Source of the DNA: Patescibacteria group bacterium
GTDB taxonomy: Bacteria; Patescibacteriota; Microgenomatia; Levybacterales; UBA12049
NCBI GenBank assembly: GCA_026004395.1
Contig: BPJB01000001.1
Coordinates: 841,226-905,225 of the forward strand
Direction: 5' to 3'
Length of the DNA: 64,000 nt
A program made the position numbers and the translations under genes. Shown piece by piece: positions 62,046-64,000 of the stretch (position 1 is its first letter; every line of letters begins with the position of its first letter). The notes under the pieces were generated by a model, which did no database searches, was not told where the DNA came from, and was given only the letters and a program-made list of their open reading frames with translations.

Positions 62046-62984
62046 ATGTCGAAATATATCTTAAGGATAATTAATCATACAATAATAACTTTATGTTCTT
62101 TTTGGGTACTGTTATTTATTTTGTCATCCAATGTGCAGGCTATTTCTCCTGCTGATCAAAGATACACTATTCGCGTATCTCCGCTTATTATTCCTCTCTC
62201 ACTTTCTCCTCAAAAAGTAATCAAACAAGAAATAATAGTAGAGAATTTAAGCAGCAAACCCTACCCACTAAAAGTTAATTTTTCAGATTTTATCTCAACA
62301 GAAGATGGTGGATATGTTTTCCCTGAAAGAAACACCTCGCCTCTTATATCTTGGATCAGTGTAAAACCTACAGAGTTTATCATACCTGCAAAAGCAAAAC
62401 AAAAAATACTTGTTACTATCAAAACACCCCGCGATATACCTGTTGGAGGATATTATGGAATGCTTTTTTTTGAGCCGGTACTTCCTATCTCGAGTACAAA
62501 GTCAACACAGATCATCAGCCGTGTTGGAGTCCTTTTACTAGGAACAGTAGGGGTGATCAATGAAAAATCTCAAAAAGCTCAAATTGTAACATTTAGTCTT
62601 CCTCATCTGATTTTTGATCGCAAAACAACACTGCTCTTGCGTGTAAAAAATATTTCACTGCATCATTTTACAGGAAAACCTATTTTCTCACTATCTCCAC
62701 TTTTTGGAGAAGAAACCAAACAATTTCTTGAAGAAAAAATAGTCTTCCCCGGTAAGATAAGGCGCTGGGAAATACCAATTGAGGTCTCAAAATACCCCAT
62801 AAACTTTGTAAAAGTGAAGCTTGATCTATCAACTGGTGGAGGCAATATAGTTACTGCTCAGACGTTTGTTGTCGTCTTCCCTTTCACTACTATTATAGTA
62901 ATAGCAATAATAATTTTAATTGCTCTTTTAGCTTTAAAAAGAAGGCGTCAGCTGATCAAGGCGCTGCATATTCTCATCCGATAA
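62046..62984 (+). CDS. DUF916/DUF3324-like cell-surface protein: signal peptide, chaperone-like beta domain, C-terminal TM anchor with basic tail
   Basis: N-terminal signal peptide; C-terminal IIVIAIIILIALLALKRRRQLIK anchor; size and topology match the membrane-anchored partner in Gram-positive WxL clusters. Confidence 0.4.
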   Translation: MSKYILRIINHTIITLCSFWVLLFILSSNVQAISPADQRYTIRVSPLIIPLSLSPQKVIKQEIIVENLSSKPYPLKVNFSDFISTEDGGYVFPERNTSPLISWISVKPTEFIIPAKAKQKILVTIKTPRDIPVGGYYGMLFFEPVLPISSTKSTQIISRVGVLLLGTVGVINEKSQKAQIVTFSLPHLIFDRKTTLLLRVKNISLHHFTGKPIFSLSPLFGEETKQFLEEKIVFPGKIRRWEIPIEVSKYPINFVKVKLDLSTGGGNIVTAQTFVVVFPFTTIIVIAIIILIALLALKRRRQLIKALHILIR

Positions 62985-63056
62985 AAAACTCAAGTTTTAT
63001 TATTTTATTACTTTTATTACTTGACAAATAATATCAAAACTCATATTGTTAAAATA

Positions 63057-64000
63057 TGCCTGTCCTATATAGAATCTTAACAAAAAAACAGTTGCTGCAG
63101 CAACTTAAGCGTTATTTAGTACTTCTTCTAGTTCTGCTTCTTATACTTCCACCATTCTCTCCTTTAACTGTCTTGACAGCGAATGCAGGCACACTCAGCA
63201 ACGCAAAAGTACTGATTAATAACTCTCAAGCTAGTGCAACCAATGTCAGTTATAACTTCAGGTTTACAACTCCGGCAACAACAGCCATTGGTAAAGTAGT
63301 CATCCAATTCTGTACTACCGCTTCGGGTTCATGCACTACTCCAACAGGAATGACGACTACAGGAGCCACGCGTGTCAATGATAATATTGCTGGAACTGGA
63401 CGAACAGATACATTTACCACCAACGGCACAATTTCAGTAGATATCACGACCCCAGCGGCACAATCTGCACAAAATGTAGTCATGGATTTTACAGGTATTA
63501 CTAATCCCTCAACTACCAATACATCACACTTTGCTCGTATCACTACCTATCAATCAGATGACACAACAGTACTTGATACTGCAACAGTTGCTTTTGCTAC
63601 TCTAGACACTAGCTCCATAGCAGTCTCAGCAACAGTTGATCCAACACTCACTTTTACAGTGGCAGGGGTTACAGGAGATGGTTCAGCAACTGTCAATGGT
63701 GCTACGATAACCAACGGACTTGCAACTACAGCCACCACAATACCATTCGGTACGCTCACTGTAGGCACACCTAAGATTGCTGCCCATGATGTAACGATAA
63801 CAACCAATGCAGTAAATGGCTATACAGTTACAGCCTCCCACTCTGCTACATCTCAAACAGGAAATCCACCTCTTGTCTCTGGTACATCCAATAACATTGA
63901 CAGCTTCACTGGGACCAATGCATCTCCTACCACATGGTCATCTCCAGCTGGAACAAGCGCTAATGTCAATACAGGTTTTTTTGGATACACAACGGAGGAT
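63057..64000 (+). CDS. Secreted surface protein, partial (runs off window end); paralogue of 60947..62026
   Basis: ATG at 63057 (MPVLYRILTKKQLLQQLKRYLVLLLVLLLILPPFSPLTVLTANA signal peptide); Thr/Ala-rich beta domain; absent from the ORF track because no stop lies within the window. Confidence 0.45.

Noticed and set aside
63250-63807. Minus-strand ORFs 63250..63543 and 63550..63807
   Set aside because: Antisense shadows of the Thr/Ala-rich plus-strand surface protein gene starting at 63057.

Overview
Low-GC (~35%) compact bacterial contig with standard stop codons. Gene style (Pro/Thr-rich linkers in many secreted proteins, streamlined operons, an extended ribosomal protein L1) suggests a Patescibacteria/CPR-like organism, but this is inference only.

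Conserved backbone, left to right:
- dprA-topA (topA runs off the 5' end of the window)
- an L,D-transpeptidase
- mreB-mreC-mreD-mrdA (PBP2) on the minus strand
- an O-antigen-ligase-like/TPR membrane protein
- def-fmt, rpmB (L28) and an M50 protease
- the classic 'tuf/str-type' tRNA/ribosomal region: tRNA-Thr(TGT), tRNA-Tyr, tRNA-Thr(GGT), rpmG (L33), a YerC/TrpR-like HTH, tRNA-Trp, secE-nusG-rplK-rplA, rplJ-rplL

Two accessory insertions split this universally conserved region:
- 15.7-21.5 kb: an RnfD/NqrB-like membrane protein, a GAF histidine kinase, a PAP2 phosphatase and galU.
- 24.1-31.6 kb: an Rpf-like muralytic protein, several unknowns, a HAD-IIB phosphatase, and a wHTH + Cas2/VapD-like regulator-like gene bracketed by two copies of a ~50-bp palindromic REP-like repeat. 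This repeat has 4 copies in the window, one with an inverted hairpin core.

rplL is followed not by rpoBC but by a 1342-aa secreted beta-helix/metallophosphatase/DNRLRE protein.

Further right:
- an IS graveyard: an IS1595-like remnant with terminal inverted repeats, an IS4/IS5-like fragment and an IS481-like remnant
- a 1.5-kb GC-rich (~60%) island carrying Planctomycete-type gene fragments
- an excisionase-like HTH
- glycan enzymes: a CE4 deacetylase, a GH43 hydrolase and galT
- a large cell-surface locus: an M23 peptidase giant protein, a 1034-aa tail-fibre-like Gly-rich protein, and a triad resembling a WxL / DUF916 surface cluster

No rRNA or CRISPR array was seen.
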